A DNA stretch of 64,000 nucleotides from Clostridia bacterium (GCA_017461545.1 JAFTXP010000003.1:15549-79548), one strand, 5' to 3'. Positions 29,367 through 39,460 are shown, counted from the stretch's first letter. The notes: a model not told the origin generated them from the letters alone. Made by a program: numbers and translations.

Positions 29367-30365
29367 TTACAGTATTTCTTTTACTAAAATATAAAGCATA
29401 AGAAGCGGCCTGAATTTTGAAAGCTTAAACAGCTTTCGGTCGCCTGTTTTTTCTTCGGAGACTTTTTTGCGGCATCGGTTGAATGCCGGAAGATATATAA
29501 ACTCTTTAAAAGCTTTCATGCGGGCTTTCTTTGCCATTGATTTGTCCGTTGCATACAAAATTGCGGAGCTGAGTATCTCTTTGTAGTGATACGAGTGCAA
29601 ATCAGCGATGTTTTCAGGGGTGTTTGCGTCAAGCTTTGTAAACAACTCGTTGTACGCATTGAATATGCTTTCATACGACTTTGCATACGCATAGCAATCT
29701 GCTTTGCACAGGCTGTTTGGATTTACGTCATAATACGAGTAAAGTATTTTGTCAATATATGCGATGTGTCCGCCGAGGTAATACAAATAATTCATATTAA
29801 ACACAGCATCCTCTCCGAGTGAATTGTCCGTGTCAAATCTCATATTGTTTTTCTTTATGATATCGCTTCTGTAAATTTTGTTGACGGGATTGTATATAAG
29901 ATATGAATTGCTCAGGTACATAAGGCGGTTTATATCAAACAATCTGTATGAGTCCGATGGCTCTTTTGAAGCAGGCAGTTTGCGGTATTCAGGATCGCTT
30001 CCCTCTGCCAGAAAAACAAGACCGCACACCGGGAGATGTCCGGGAAATTCGATTGCACATTTAACTAATTCCAAACACCAATCTTTATCTGCAACGTCAT
30101 CACTATCGCAAAACATTATGTACTCACCGTTTGCAATATCAAGACCGGCATTGCGTGCGGAACTTACACCGCCATTTTCCTTGTGAATAACTTTTATACG
30201 GTAATCTTTGTTTTTAAATTCGTCGCAGATGACGCCGCTGCTGTCCTCTGAACCGTCATTTACAAGGATTATTTCAATGTCATTATATGACTGATTTATC
30301 AAAGAGTTTATGCAATTTTTCAAATATTTTTCCGCATTGTAAACGGGTACTATAATACTAATCAT
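29367..30365 (-). CDS. Glycosyltransferase family 2
   Basis: ISIIVPVYN, VNDGSED, NGGVSSARN, FCDSDD, LGED. Confidence 0.92.
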   Translation of the reverse strand: MISIIVPVYNAEKYLKNCINSLINQSYNDIEIILVNDGSEDSSGVICDEFKNKDYRIKVIHKENGGVSSARNAGLDIANGEYIMFCDSDDVADKDWCLELVKCAIEFPGHLPVCGLVFLAEGSDPEYRKLPASKEPSDSYRLFDINRLMYLSNSYLIYNPVNKIYRSDIIKKNNMRFDTDNSLGEDAVFNMNYLYYLGGHIAYIDKILYSYYDVNPNSLCKADCYAYAKSYESIFNAYNELFTKLDANTPENIADLHSYHYKEILSSAILYATDKSMAKKARMKAFKEFIYLPAFNRCRKKVSEEKTGDRKLFKLSKFRPLLMLYILVKEIL

Positions 30366-30424
30366 GTGAATCTCCTCGCAAAAAGCATATCAACGCAGAA
30401 TAACTATGTCAAATGTTATTTGTC

Positions 30425-30453
30425 TTGCCCTATTTGTAAATATTTGATATACT
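30425..30453 (+). promoter_or_regulatory. Sigma-A-like promoter of the rfbFGHA operon
   Basis: TTGCCC-17 nt-TATACT with extended -10 TG. Confidence 0.55.
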
Positions 30454-30538
30454 GTTACGGAATCATTGGGTGATTGTAATTAATTTGAAATTTTGTAATT
30501 AATTCTATTGCTACAAACCAAAAAAGGAATTGAAACAA

Positions 30539-31321
30539 ATGAAAGTAGTTATTTTGGCCGGTGGATTCGGCACAAGAATTTCAGAAGAGAGTCATCTTAA
30601 ACCGAAGCCGATGATTGAAATCGGAGGCATGCCTATTCTTTGGCATATTATGAAGCATTATTCTACATACGGTTATAATGAATTTGTAATCTGTCTCGGA
30701 TATAAGAGCAGCGTTATTAAGAACTTTTTTGCAAATTACTTCCTTTATGCATCTGACCTTACTATTGATCTCAGCACAAATGCTAAGGAAATTCATGACA
30801 CTCATGCAGAAAATTGGAAAGTAACATTGGTTGAGACAGGTCTCAACACGATGACAGGCGGAAGAATAAAACGCATTCAGAAATATATCGGCGATGAGCC
30901 GTTTATGCTTACATACGGCGATGGAGTGTGTAATGTAAATATTGATGAATTGGTTAAGTTCCACAAGAGCCACGGCAAACTCGCTACGCTGAGCGCTGTT
31001 CCTACGGGACAAAGATTCGGCGTTCTCGGTATCGAAGACGGCAGTGACTGTATCAGTGAGTTCCGCGAAAAGTCCAGTGAGGACAGTGCTGTTATAAACG
31101 GCGGATTCATGGTTCTCGAACCGAAAGTATTTGATTACATAAAAGACGGTGATTCTACTGTGTTTGAGAAGGCTCCTTTAGAGGATATTGCACATGCAGG
31201 CGAGCTTATGGCTTACAGACATAACGGTTTCTGGCAGTGTATGGATACACAGAGAGACAAGCAGCAGCTCGAAGAACTTTGGGCCTCGGGTAAAGCACCG
31301 TGGAAAACATGGAAAGATTAA
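30539..31321 (+). CDS. rfbF: Glucose-1-phosphate cytidylyltransferase
   Basis: ILAGGFGTRISEESHLKPKPMIEIG, TMTGGR, LTYGDG, FWQCMDT, APWKTW. Confidence 0.95.
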   Translation: MKVVILAGGFGTRISEESHLKPKPMIEIGGMPILWHIMKHYSTYGYNEFVICLGYKSSVIKNFFANYFLYASDLTIDLSTNAKEIHDTHAENWKVTLVETGLNTMTGGRIKRIQKYIGDEPFMLTYGDGVCNVNIDELVKFHKSHGKLATLSAVPTGQRFGVLGIEDGSDCISEFREKSSEDSAVINGGFMVLEPKVFDYIKDGDSTVFEKAPLEDIAHAGELMAYRHNGFWQCMDTQRDKQQLEELWASGKAPWKTWKD

Positions 31322-31390
31322 TTATTTGATTGTATTGCTGCATCTGTTTAAGATAGGTGCAGCTATAACATTGTTTAGGACGGCATTTTT

Positions 31391-32464
31391 ATGACAGAAA
31401 ACAAATTGTATAATTTCTATAAAGGTAAACGTGTTCTTGTTACAGGACATACAGGATTTAAGGGGTCTTGGATGCTTAAGGTTCTCAATATGGCAGGCGC
31501 TGATGTGATGGGATATTCACTCACACCGCCGACAACCCCGAGCCTTTTTGACATAATAGGCGGAGATAAGCTTTGCAAGTCGGTTATCGGCGATATCCGT
31601 GATTTGGATAAATTGAAAAGATGTTTCGAAGAGTTTCAGCCTGAGATTGTGTTGCACCTTGCAGCGCAGCCGATTGTAAGAGATTCTTATAAAGAACCTG
31701 TTTATACATATGAGACAAACGTGATGGGTACGGTTAATATTATGGAATGTGTACGCCTTAATCCTTGCGTAAAATCGTTCCTTAATGTTACAACCGACAA
31801 GGTTTACGAAAACAAAGAGTGGGAATGGGGCTACAGAGAAAACGAGCCTCTTTGCGGATACGATCCGTATTCAAACAGTAAGTCCTGCTCAGAGCTTGTG
31901 ACATACAGTTACAAAGTTTCATTCTTCGGGGAGAGTGATACCGCTATTTCTACAGCGCGCGCCGGAAACGTAATCGGCGGCGGAGATTTTGCAAATGACA
32001 GAATCGTTCCGGACTGTGTCAGAGCTGCAGAGAAAGGTGAAAATATCATAGTAAGAAATCCTCACTCGACGAGACCTTACGAACATGTTCTGGAGCCTGT
32101 ATTTGCGTACCTCATGATTGCTATGAAACAGTACGAGGATAAGTCTTTTGCAGGGAATTACAATGTCGGACCGGACGAAGTTGACTGTGTAACAACCGCA
32201 ACGATTGTCCAGCTTTTCTGCGACAAATGGGGAGACATCACATGGGAGAACCGCTTTATGGGCGGTCCGCATGAGGCGAACTTCCTTAAGCTTGACTGTT
32301 CAAAGATAAAGAAAACTTTCGGATGGCATACAGGATGGAATATCGAAAACGCTATAGAAAAAACAGTGGAGTGGACAAAAGTTTACTTTGGAAAAGGCGA
32401 TATAGATACTTGTATGGACAGCCAGATTGATGAGTTTGCATCAAGACTCGGCTTTTTAAAATGA
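31391..32464 (+). CDS. rfbG: CDP-glucose 4,6-dehydratase
   Basis: VTGHTGFKGSW, HLAAQPIV, TTDKVY, YSNSK, ARAGNVIGGGD. Confidence 0.95.
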   Translation: MTENKLYNFYKGKRVLVTGHTGFKGSWMLKVLNMAGADVMGYSLTPPTTPSLFDIIGGDKLCKSVIGDIRDLDKLKRCFEEFQPEIVLHLAAQPIVRDSYKEPVYTYETNVMGTVNIMECVRLNPCVKSFLNVTTDKVYENKEWEWGYRENEPLCGYDPYSNSKSCSELVTYSYKVSFFGESDTAISTARAGNVIGGGDFANDRIVPDCVRAAEKGENIIVRNPHSTRPYEHVLEPVFAYLMIAMKQYEDKSFAGNYNVGPDEVDCVTTATIVQLFCDKWGDITWENRFMGGPHEANFLKLDCSKIKKTFGWHTGWNIENAIEKTVEWTKVYFGKGDIDTCMDSQIDEFASRLGFLK

Positions 32465-32506
32465 AATAAGATTGCCAAATATATATAGAAACGGAGAAGA
32501 TTAATC

Positions 32507-33844
32507 GTGTTTGAAAATATGAATGAAAAACAGGCTAAGGATGAAATTCTGACAGCCGTAAAAGAATACTGCGACAAATTCCACAATGTAAAGAAACCGT
32601 ATACAGAGGGACAGAGAATTCCTTATGCGTCCAGAGTATACGACAGCGCAGAAATGGTTAACTTAGTTGACAGTTCTCTCGAATTCTGGCTCACTGCCGG
32701 AAGGTATACAGACCTTTTCGAAAAGAAATTTGCTGAGTATCTCGGCGTAAGATACTGCTCACTTGTTAACTCCGGTTCATCCGCAAATCTTCTCGCATTT
32801 ATGACACTTACATCACCTCTTCTCAAAGAGCGTGCAGTAAAGCCGGGCGACGAAATGATTACAGTTGCGGCAGGATTCCCGACAACAGTAACTCCTGCGA
32901 TTCAGTACGGCGTAGTTCCGGTATTTGTTGATGTGACCATTCCTCAGTATAATATCGACATCGACAAACTCGAAGCGGCTTTGTCAGATAAGACAAAGGT
33001 TGTTATGGCAGCTCATACACTTGGCAACCCGTTTGATTTGTCAGCAGTAAAAGAATTCTGTAAGAAACACAATTTGTGGCTTATTGAAGATAACTGTGAT
33101 GCTCTCGGTTCAAAATATACAATCGACGGAGAGACTAAATTCACAGGTACAATCGGCGATATCGGAACATCCAGCTTCTATCCTCCGCACCATATGACAA
33201 TGGGCGAGGGCGGTGCAGTATATACAAACGATCCGCTCCTTAATCGTATAGCACGTTCACTCCGCGATTGGGGACGTGACTGTGTATGTCCTTCTGGTTG
33301 TGACAATATCTGTCAGCACAGATTTGACAAGCAGTACGGTGAGCTTCCTTTGGGTTATGACCACAAGTATGTATATTCGCATTTCGGATATAATCTTAAA
33401 GCAACTGATATGCAGGCCGCTGTAGGTTGTGCACAGATTGAGAAGTTCCCTTCATTTGTTGAGAAGAGAAAAGCAAACTTTAAGAGACTCAGAGCAGGTC
33501 TTGAATCGGTAAGTGACAAACTTATTCTTCCTGAGCCTTGTGAGAATTCAGAACCGAGCTGGTTCGGATTCCTTATCACATGCCGTGAGGGCGTGAGCCG
33601 TAATATGGTTGTTCAGTATCTTGAGAACAACGGTATTCAGACAAGAATGCTATTTGCAGGTAACCTTATAAAACATCCTTGCTTCGATGAAATGCGTGCA
33701 AGCGGAAAAGGATACCGCGTAGTCGGAACTCTGGAGAACACTGACAGAATTATGAATGATACATTCTGGATTGGTGTATATCCGGGAATGACTGATGAAA
33801 TGATTGATTTCATGATTAAGAAAATAACGGAGGCAGTCAGATGA
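32507..33844 (+). CDS. rfbH: CDP-4-keto-6-deoxyglucose 3-dehydrase (DdhC/E1)
   Basis: [23 protein letters not shown] (His in place of Lys), [15 protein letters not shown] Fe-S motif, YDHKY. Confidence 0.95.
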   Translation: MFENMNEKQAKDEILTAVKEYCDKFHNVKKPYTEGQRIPYASRVYDSAEMVNLVDSSLEFWLTAGRYTDLFEKKFAEYLGVRYCSLVNSGSSANLLAFMTLTSPLLKERAVKPGDEMITVAAGFPTTVTPAIQYGVVPVFVDVTIPQYNIDIDKLEAALSDKTKVVMAAHTLGNPFDLSAVKEFCKKHNLWLIEDNCDALGSKYTIDGETKFTGTIGDIGTSSFYPPHHMTMGEGGAVYTNDPLLNRIARSLRDWGRDCVCPSGCDNICQHRFDKQYGELPLGYDHKYVYSHFGYNLKATDMQAAVGCAQIEKFPSFVEKRKANFKRLRAGLESVSDKLILPEPCENSEPSWFGFLITCREGVSRNMVVQYLENNGIQTRMLFAGNLIKHPCFDEMRASGKGYRVVGTLENTDRIMNDTFWIGVYPGMTDEMIDFMIKKITEAVR

Positions 33845-34713
33845 AAGGCATAATTCTTGCAGGCGGAAAGGGCACCAGACTCTATCCGATGACAAAGGTT
33901 GTTTCAAAACAACTTTTGCCGCTGTATGATAAGCCGATGATCTACTACCCATTGTCAGTGTTGCTGCTGGCAGGTATAAGAGATATATTGATTATTTCAA
34001 CGCCCGAAGACACACCTTCCTTTAAGAAATTATTAGGGGATGGCGCTCGTTTGGGCGTTTCTCTTTCATACAAGGTGCAGGAGAATCCGAATGGCTTGGC
34101 TGAGGCTTTCATATTAGGCGAAGATTTCATAGACGGCGATAATGTGTGCCTTATTTTAGGCGATAATGTTTTCTATGGTCAGAATCTTACAAAAACATTG
34201 CGTGAAGCACGTACGATGGTTGAGTCGGGCGATGCGGGCGCAGTAATTTTCGGATATCCGGTAAAGGATCCGAGAGCTTTTGGCGTTGTGGAGTTTGACG
34301 AGAACGGAAAGGTATTGTCGATAGAAGAAAAACCGTTGGAACCAAAGTCAAAGTATGCTGTTCCGGGACTCTATTTTTATGACAGCACTGTTTGCGATGT
34401 TGCTAAAAATATAAAACCTTCTGAACGCGGAGAGCTTGAAATAACGGCGGTAAACAATGAGTATCTGCAAAGCGGAAAGCTCATGGCACTGCCTTTTGAC
34501 AGAGGATTTGCTTGGCTTGACACCGGTACGCCCGAGGGTATGCTTCAGGCGGCCGAGTTTATTGAAGCGATGCAGGTAAGACAGGGATTTTATATTTCGT
34601 GTATCGAAGAAATTGCTTGGCGCAGAGGATTTATAACGCATGAGCAACTTATGGAGCTCGGCGAAGAATTAAAAATGACAGAGTACGGAGAATATCTTCT
34701 CTCACTTAAATAA
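33841..34713 (+). CDS. rfbA: Glucose-1-phosphate thymidylyltransferase
   Basis: [41 protein letters not shown]. Confidence 0.95.
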   Translation: MKGIILAGGKGTRLYPMTKVVSKQLLPLYDKPMIYYPLSVLLLAGIRDILIISTPEDTPSFKKLLGDGARLGVSLSYKVQENPNGLAEAFILGEDFIDGDNVCLILGDNVFYGQNLTKTLREARTMVESGDAGAVIFGYPVKDPRAFGVVEFDENGKVLSIEEKPLEPKSKYAVPGLYFYDSTVCDVAKNIKPSERGELEITAVNNEYLQSGKLMALPFDRGFAWLDTGTPEGMLQAAEFIEAMQVRQGFYISCIEEIAWRRGFITHEQLMELGEELKMTEYGEYLLSLK

Positions 34714-34724
34714 AGAGGTACTGT

Positions 34725-35744
34725 ATGGATAAAAAAGTGTCGGTTGTCGTTCCGATTTACAAGGTTGAAAAGTATCTGGACAGATGTGTCGGGAGTATAA
34801 TAAACCAGACTTATAAAAATTTAGAGATTGTATTGGTCGATGACGGTTCTCCTGATAATTGTCCTGCGATGTGTGAGGCATGGGCGGAAAAAGACAGCCG
34901 CATTAAAGTCGTTCACAAGAAAAACGGCGGACTTCCGGATGCGAGAAATGCCGGCATAGATGTTGTCACAGGGGAGTATCTTCTTTTTGTTGACAGTGAT
35001 GATTGGATAGAGCCGCAAACTGTAGCTGAGCTTGTTGAAGTTATCGAAGAAAAGAATGTTGACTTTGTCACGTTTGGCGCCGTGTGGGACGGCAGAGCGG
35101 GAATTCCGGACGGTACGCCATGCACTTATGAAAAGTCGAGGCAAGTCGGAAAAGGTTATTATGACAAAGCTCGTATACAGAAGGAAATTTACCCGAGAGT
35201 TTTAGTAACTCCGGATTTGTATTTCGGACCTATACTTTCAGCGTGTTTCTCTATATATCGAAAAGAGTTTCTTGACAAAAACGGCATCAGATTTGATGCG
35301 GAGATAAAATACTGTGAGGATCATGTATATAACTGCAGAGTTGCTGTTTTTGCGGAGTCCTTTTATGTGACGGATAAGCATTACTACCACTATTGTTTTA
35401 ACGGTGCTTCGATATCGCAGAGTTTTCATGCGGATGCTTGGGATATTGCAAAAAAACGCTGCACATACTTTGAAAAATATTTCACCGGCTGCACGAAATT
35501 TGATTCAGAGCTGCAACTTAAGCGAATTGCGATTTTCTGTGTATTAAACGGACTTTCTGAGCGCAGATATATAAAAAATCCTGACGAAAAGGTTGCCTAT
35601 ATAAGAAAAATATTCAACGATCCGATGACTAAAAAAGCAATGAAGCATATCGGTGTCGCAAAAGTTCCGCGCAAGAAGAGATTTTTGCTCATATTGGTAA
35701 AACTCAGAATGGTAAAGCTGTACAACCGTATATATTGCCATTGA
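34725..35744 (+). CDS. Glycosyltransferase family 2
   Basis: VVPIYKVE, VDDGSPD, FVDSDD, CED. Confidence 0.92.
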   Translation: MDKKVSVVVPIYKVEKYLDRCVGSIINQTYKNLEIVLVDDGSPDNCPAMCEAWAEKDSRIKVVHKKNGGLPDARNAGIDVVTGEYLLFVDSDDWIEPQTVAELVEVIEEKNVDFVTFGAVWDGRAGIPDGTPCTYEKSRQVGKGYYDKARIQKEIYPRVLVTPDLYFGPILSACFSIYRKEFLDKNGIRFDAEIKYCEDHVYNCRVAVFAESFYVTDKHYYHYCFNGASISQSFHADAWDIAKKRCTYFEKYFTGCTKFDSELQLKRIAIFCVLNGLSERRYIKNPDEKVAYIRKIFNDPMTKKAMKHIGVAKVPRKKRFLLILVKLRMVKLYNRIYCH

Positions 35745-35772
35745 TATTGGCTTAAAAAATGAGGTGTTTTTT

Positions 35773-36807
35773 ATGGATGTCAAGGTTTCCGTAATTATTC
35801 CTGTTTTTAAAGTTGAAAAGTACTTGGACAGATGTGTAAAAAGCATCTTTAGTCAGACATATAAAAACTTAGAAATAATATTGGTCGATGACGGTTCTCC
35901 AGACAACTGTCCTGCGATGTGTGACGGATATGCAAAAGAGGACAGCCGTGTTACGGTTATTCATAAGAAAAACGGCGGACTTTCCGATGCAAGAAATTTC
36001 GGAATGAATGCGGCTACAGGCAAGTATATTCTTTTTGTGGACAGCGATGACTGGATAGAGCCTGATACAGCCGAAGAACTTGTAAAGATAATTGAGGATA
36101 GGAAAGTTGATTTTGTGAATTTCAGAGCTGTCTGGGACGGAAGAGCGGGAATTCCCGACGGGACCCCCTGTAATTATGAGCCTTCACGTGAGCTTGATTT
36201 AGGACTTTATGACAGAGAAAGAATGAAAAGTGAACTGTATCCGAGACTTTTGGTGACTCCGGATCTTTTCTTGGGACCTGTGCTTTCTGCGTGGTCCGGG
36301 TTTTACAACAGAGAGTTTTTAGATTCACATAATATTCGCTTTGATACGCCTATAAAATATTCCGAAGATTCTGTGTTCAGTGCCCGCGTTGTAATGGCGG
36401 CTGAATCGTTTGCGGCGATTGACCGGTATTTTTATCACTACTGCTTTAATGGTGAGTCAATTTCTTTTGGCACACATTCCGATTGGTGGGATGTTGCAAA
36501 AATCAGATACGGCTACTACGAGAAATATTTTGCCGACTGCGAAAATTACGATTTTACCGTTCAGTTCAAACGTATGGCAATTTTCTGCGTTTTGGACGGA
36601 CTTTCAGAGTGGAAAGCTTATGCTTCCGATGAAGTGAAGCTTAGCCAGATTCGTATGGTAATGAATGACGAGTTTTCCGTGAATGCTATGAAACATATCG
36701 GTGCAGCAAAAGTGCCGCTGAAGAAGAAATTCATGCTCTGTCTGATAAAGTTCCGTATGGCAAGGCTTTATTTTTGGATATTCAATGAAAAGAAGGTTGA
36801 AAAATGA
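35773..36807 (+). CDS. Glycosyltransferase family 2 (tandem paralog of the preceding gene)
   Basis: Same motifs plus the shared WDGRAGIPDGTPC insert. Confidence 0.92.
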   Translation: MDVKVSVIIPVFKVEKYLDRCVKSIFSQTYKNLEIILVDDGSPDNCPAMCDGYAKEDSRVTVIHKKNGGLSDARNFGMNAATGKYILFVDSDDWIEPDTAEELVKIIEDRKVDFVNFRAVWDGRAGIPDGTPCNYEPSRELDLGLYDRERMKSELYPRLLVTPDLFLGPVLSAWSGFYNREFLDSHNIRFDTPIKYSEDSVFSARVVMAAESFAAIDRYFYHYCFNGESISFGTHSDWWDVAKIRYGYYEKYFADCENYDFTVQFKRMAIFCVLDGLSEWKAYASDEVKLSQIRMVMNDEFSVNAMKHIGAAKVPLKKKFMLCLIKFRMARLYFWIFNEKKVEK

Positions 36808-37595
36808 TAATAAAAGTTTTGACTGAAAACCGTACGTCAAAAGAAGGTTTTATCCCGGAGCACGGACTGAGTCTTTATATAGAAGTAAACGGTAAAAAAA
36901 TATTGTTTGATATGGGAAAGTCAGATGCTTTTGCAAAAAACGCAGAGCTTTTGGGTGTAGATTTAACGGAAATTGATTTTGCCGTTTTGTCTCACGGTCA
37001 CTACGACCATGGCGGCGGTCTCAAAGAGTTTTTGAAAATAAACGACAAATCGCCTGTATACGTGAGCCGATACGCGTTTGGAGAGCATTATGCTGACAAT
37101 TCAGCGCGTTTTATCGGAGTTGACAAATCGCTCAAAGAAAATGAAAGATTGATTTTTGCAGGCGATTATTTAACGATTTCTGACGGATTTGAACTGTTTT
37201 CTTTTAATGACCGCGAGCGCCCGTTTAAGACTGAGGCTTTCGCTCTCACCGCAAAGATTGACGGAGAATTCGCAGAGGACGATTTTCGCCATGAGCAGTA
37301 TCTCATGATTAATGAGAACGGAAGAAAAATTTTAATAAGCGGTTGTTCCCATAAGGGTATACTGAACATCATGGAATGGACAAAGCCGGACGTTTTGGTG
37401 GGTGGTTTTCACTTCTTTAAAGTTGATACAGACGGCGGCAAGTCGGAGTTCCTTGATAATGCCGCGAGGGTACTCAGCGGATACGGTACTTCATACTACA
37501 CATGCCACTGTACCGGGGAAGTTCAGTTTGATTATTTAAAAACAAAGATGAATAATTTGGAATACATCTCCTGCGGAGATATTGCGGAAATATAA
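36804..37595 (+). CDS. MBL-fold metallo-hydrolase
   Basis: EHGLS, LFDMG, SHGHYDHGGG, GCSH, GGFH, CHCTG. Confidence 0.9.
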   Translation: MIIKVLTENRTSKEGFIPEHGLSLYIEVNGKKILFDMGKSDAFAKNAELLGVDLTEIDFAVLSHGHYDHGGGLKEFLKINDKSPVYVSRYAFGEHYADNSARFIGVDKSLKENERLIFAGDYLTISDGFELFSFNDRERPFKTEAFALTAKIDGEFAEDDFRHEQYLMINENGRKILISGCSHKGILNIMEWTKPDVLVGGFHFFKVDTDGGKSEFLDNAARVLSGYGTSYYTCHCTGEVQFDYLKTKMNNLEYISCGDIAEI

Positions 37596-37607
37596 TCCGA
37601 TGAATTT

Positions 37608-37642
37608 GCGCGCGGAGTCCGGGAACGCCGGATTCCGCGCGC
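37608..37642 (+). terminator. GC-rich stem-loop ending the rfb operon
   Basis: GCGCGCGGAGTCCGG...CCGGATTCCGCGCGC followed by T-rich sequence. Confidence 0.65.
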
Positions 37643-37704
37643 TTGGTGTTTTATTCTGCGCAGAATTTAATTCACAAATAAAAGAATAAATTTGTGCAGA
37701 ATAG

Positions 37705-37810
37705 TGTTACAATAATGCTGTAATAATTGCAATTTTTGTTACAATGTGTTGCTTTAAAATAGAAATAATGTTACAAATGTATTGGGATTTTTGCTGAATT
37801 ATGTTACGAT
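37705..37810. repeat. Four phased TGTTAC(A/G)A motifs
   Basis: TGTTAC starts at 37705, 37737, 37769 and 37802 (periods 32, 32, 33). Confidence 0.6.
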
Positions 37811-37983
37811 ATCTGCGCTGAATATATTCGGAGGTTTGGAGGTGTATTGTTCATAAACTCTGCTACGAGAAATTTATTGTCACCTAATATATGCAAAATT
37901 AAAACCATCAGCATCGACACTATTCTGAGCAAGTCGATGCCGTAGTTGCGTTCCGGTTTTGTTACAGAAGTGTTTGAATCCAT
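37804..37983 (-). pseudogene. Truncated acyltransferase-3 (OafA-like O-acetyltransferase) 5' fragment
   Basis: MDSNTSVTKPERNYGIDLLRIVSMLMVLILHI matches the acyltransferase-3 N-terminal R..D..R...H motif and then stops after about 59 aa. Confidence 0.7.
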
Positions 37984-37986
37984 AAA

Positions 37987-38041
37987 AATACCTTCCTGAG
38001 CAGTTATACAATTGTATGATAGCATAAATCAGGAAGGTATT
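37987..38041 (-). terminator. Inverted repeat downstream of degV
   Basis: AATACCTTCCTGA...TCAGGAAGGTATT perfect 13-bp arms. Confidence 0.5.
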
Positions 38042-38066
38042 ACAAATTTTATCTTTTTATATAATC

Positions 38067-38936
38067 TTATCTATCTTTTGCCAGGAAGAACAAAGCCAGT
38101 GTTCCGGGACCCGAGTGTGAACCGATAACAGGTCCTACATAAGAAATAAATACTTCTTTTATACCGAGCTCTGCTTTTATTTTTTCTGCTAAGTACTCAG
38201 CGTCTGCGAGGCAGTCACCGTGGCTGATGAAAACAGGAGAGTCTACGGGATTTATAGTAGAGGCTTTCATCTTTGCAAGCATGGCATCGATGGAATTTTT
38301 TCTTCCGCGAACTTTGTCAACGGCTACGAGCTTTCCTGCATTGTCTACATGCATTACGGGTTTGATGCTGAGCATTGTTCCGACAACCGCTGATGTAGCG
38401 CTTACTCTGCCGCCTCTTTTAAGGAAGAAAAGATCGTCTACCGTAAACCAGTGTGCCATACTCATCTTGTTGTTTTCTGTCCAGTCTCTTACTTCTTCGA
38501 TGGTTTTTCCTTTTTCTTTCTCTTTACATGCAAGGTATACCAAAAGTCCCTGACCGAGTGATGCGCAGAGTGTGTCAACCGCATAGAGTTTTCTGTCCGG
38601 GTACTTTTCCTGAAGATTTTTCATTGCGACAGCACCCGAGCTGAAAGTACTGCTGAGGCCGGAGGTAAAGCCGAGATATAAAAGGTCAATATCGTCCTTC
38701 AGAAGTTCTTCAAAAACGTCATTGAAACGTTGAATGGTGGCTGCTGATGTTGTAATTGTTTTTTTTGCACGAAGTTGTGCGTAAACTTCCTTAACGTCAA
38801 CCTTGTCGTTGGGAATCGGTTCTGCGTGTTCGATAACGATATCAAGCGGAATCGAAACGATACCGAGTTCTTTTATCTGCTCCTGTGTCAGATCTGCAGA
38901 TGAGTCTGTTACGATTACGAAATCTCTCATAAACAT
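38067..38936 (-). CDS. degV: DegV family fatty-acid-binding protein (FakB-like)
   Basis: VTDSSADL, TTSA, SGLSST, LKRGGRV, IKP, IGSHSGPGTL. Confidence 0.93.
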   Translation of the reverse strand: MFMRDFVIVTDSSADLTQEQIKELGIVSIPLDIVIEHAEPIPNDKVDVKEVYAQLRAKKTITTSAATIQRFNDVFEELLKDDIDLLYLGFTSGLSSTFSSGAVAMKNLQEKYPDRKLYAVDTLCASLGQGLLVYLACKEKEKGKTIEEVRDWTENNKMSMAHWFTVDDLFFLKRGGRVSATSAVVGTMLSIKPVMHVDNAGKLVAVDKVRGRKNSIDAMLAKMKASTINPVDSPVFISHGDCLADAEYLAEKIKAELGIKEVFISYVGPVIGSHSGPGTLALFFLAKDR

Positions 38937-39001
38937 TCGTATGATGAAAATTCACCATACACTCCTTTCTTTTATAAAAATAAGTCAAACTAAAAATAAG
39001 T

Positions 39002-39460
39002 TTATTTTTTATTATCAAAAAATACCTTTTCGGATTCCCGAATCCTGTTGCAGATTTTCTCAAGAGTGAAATAAAATTCTTTCAAATCTTCGTCGGGAAT
39101 GTCTCCGCTGACAAAATCGCATATTTCGGTAATGCGTCTGTTTATGTCTCTGGCGATTGTCTGTCCTTCGGGAGTGAGCATATAAATCTTGTTATAAATT
39201 TTATCTCCTTCGCAGGAAACAACATAGTTTTTTTCAATAAGGTTACTCAGTACCCTGGATGTCTGGGCTTTATTAACTTCACATTTTTTGGATATCTGAT
39301 TCTGTGTGAGGCCGTTCCTGCTCAAATACAGATATCTGAGACAAGCAGTGTGTGCACTGCCGAGATCGTAATCGCGCATTGCTGTCAATTTTATCTTCAG
39401 TAATCCTTTGGATGCTGTATTTATAAGTGAAGAAAAACGGTCAAAACCTCTTTGAATCAT
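39002..39460 (-). CDS. MarR family transcriptional regulator
   Basis: Winged-helix pattern LTQNQI..C.VNKAQTSRVL..L..KNYV and LTPEG. Confidence 0.85.
   Translation of the reverse strand: MIQRGFDRFSSLINTASKGLLKIKLTAMRDYDLGSAHTACLRYLYLSRNGLTQNQISKKCEVNKAQTSRVLSNLIEKNYVVSCEGDKIYNKIYMLTPEGQTIARDINRRITEICDFVSGDIPDEDLKEFYFTLEKICNRIRESEKVFFDNKK

Noticed and set aside
37705-37810. Mini-CRISPR reading of the 32-bp periodic motif
   Set aside because: The conserved unit is only 6-9 bp, far too short for a CRISPR repeat. It is kept as a possible binding-site array.
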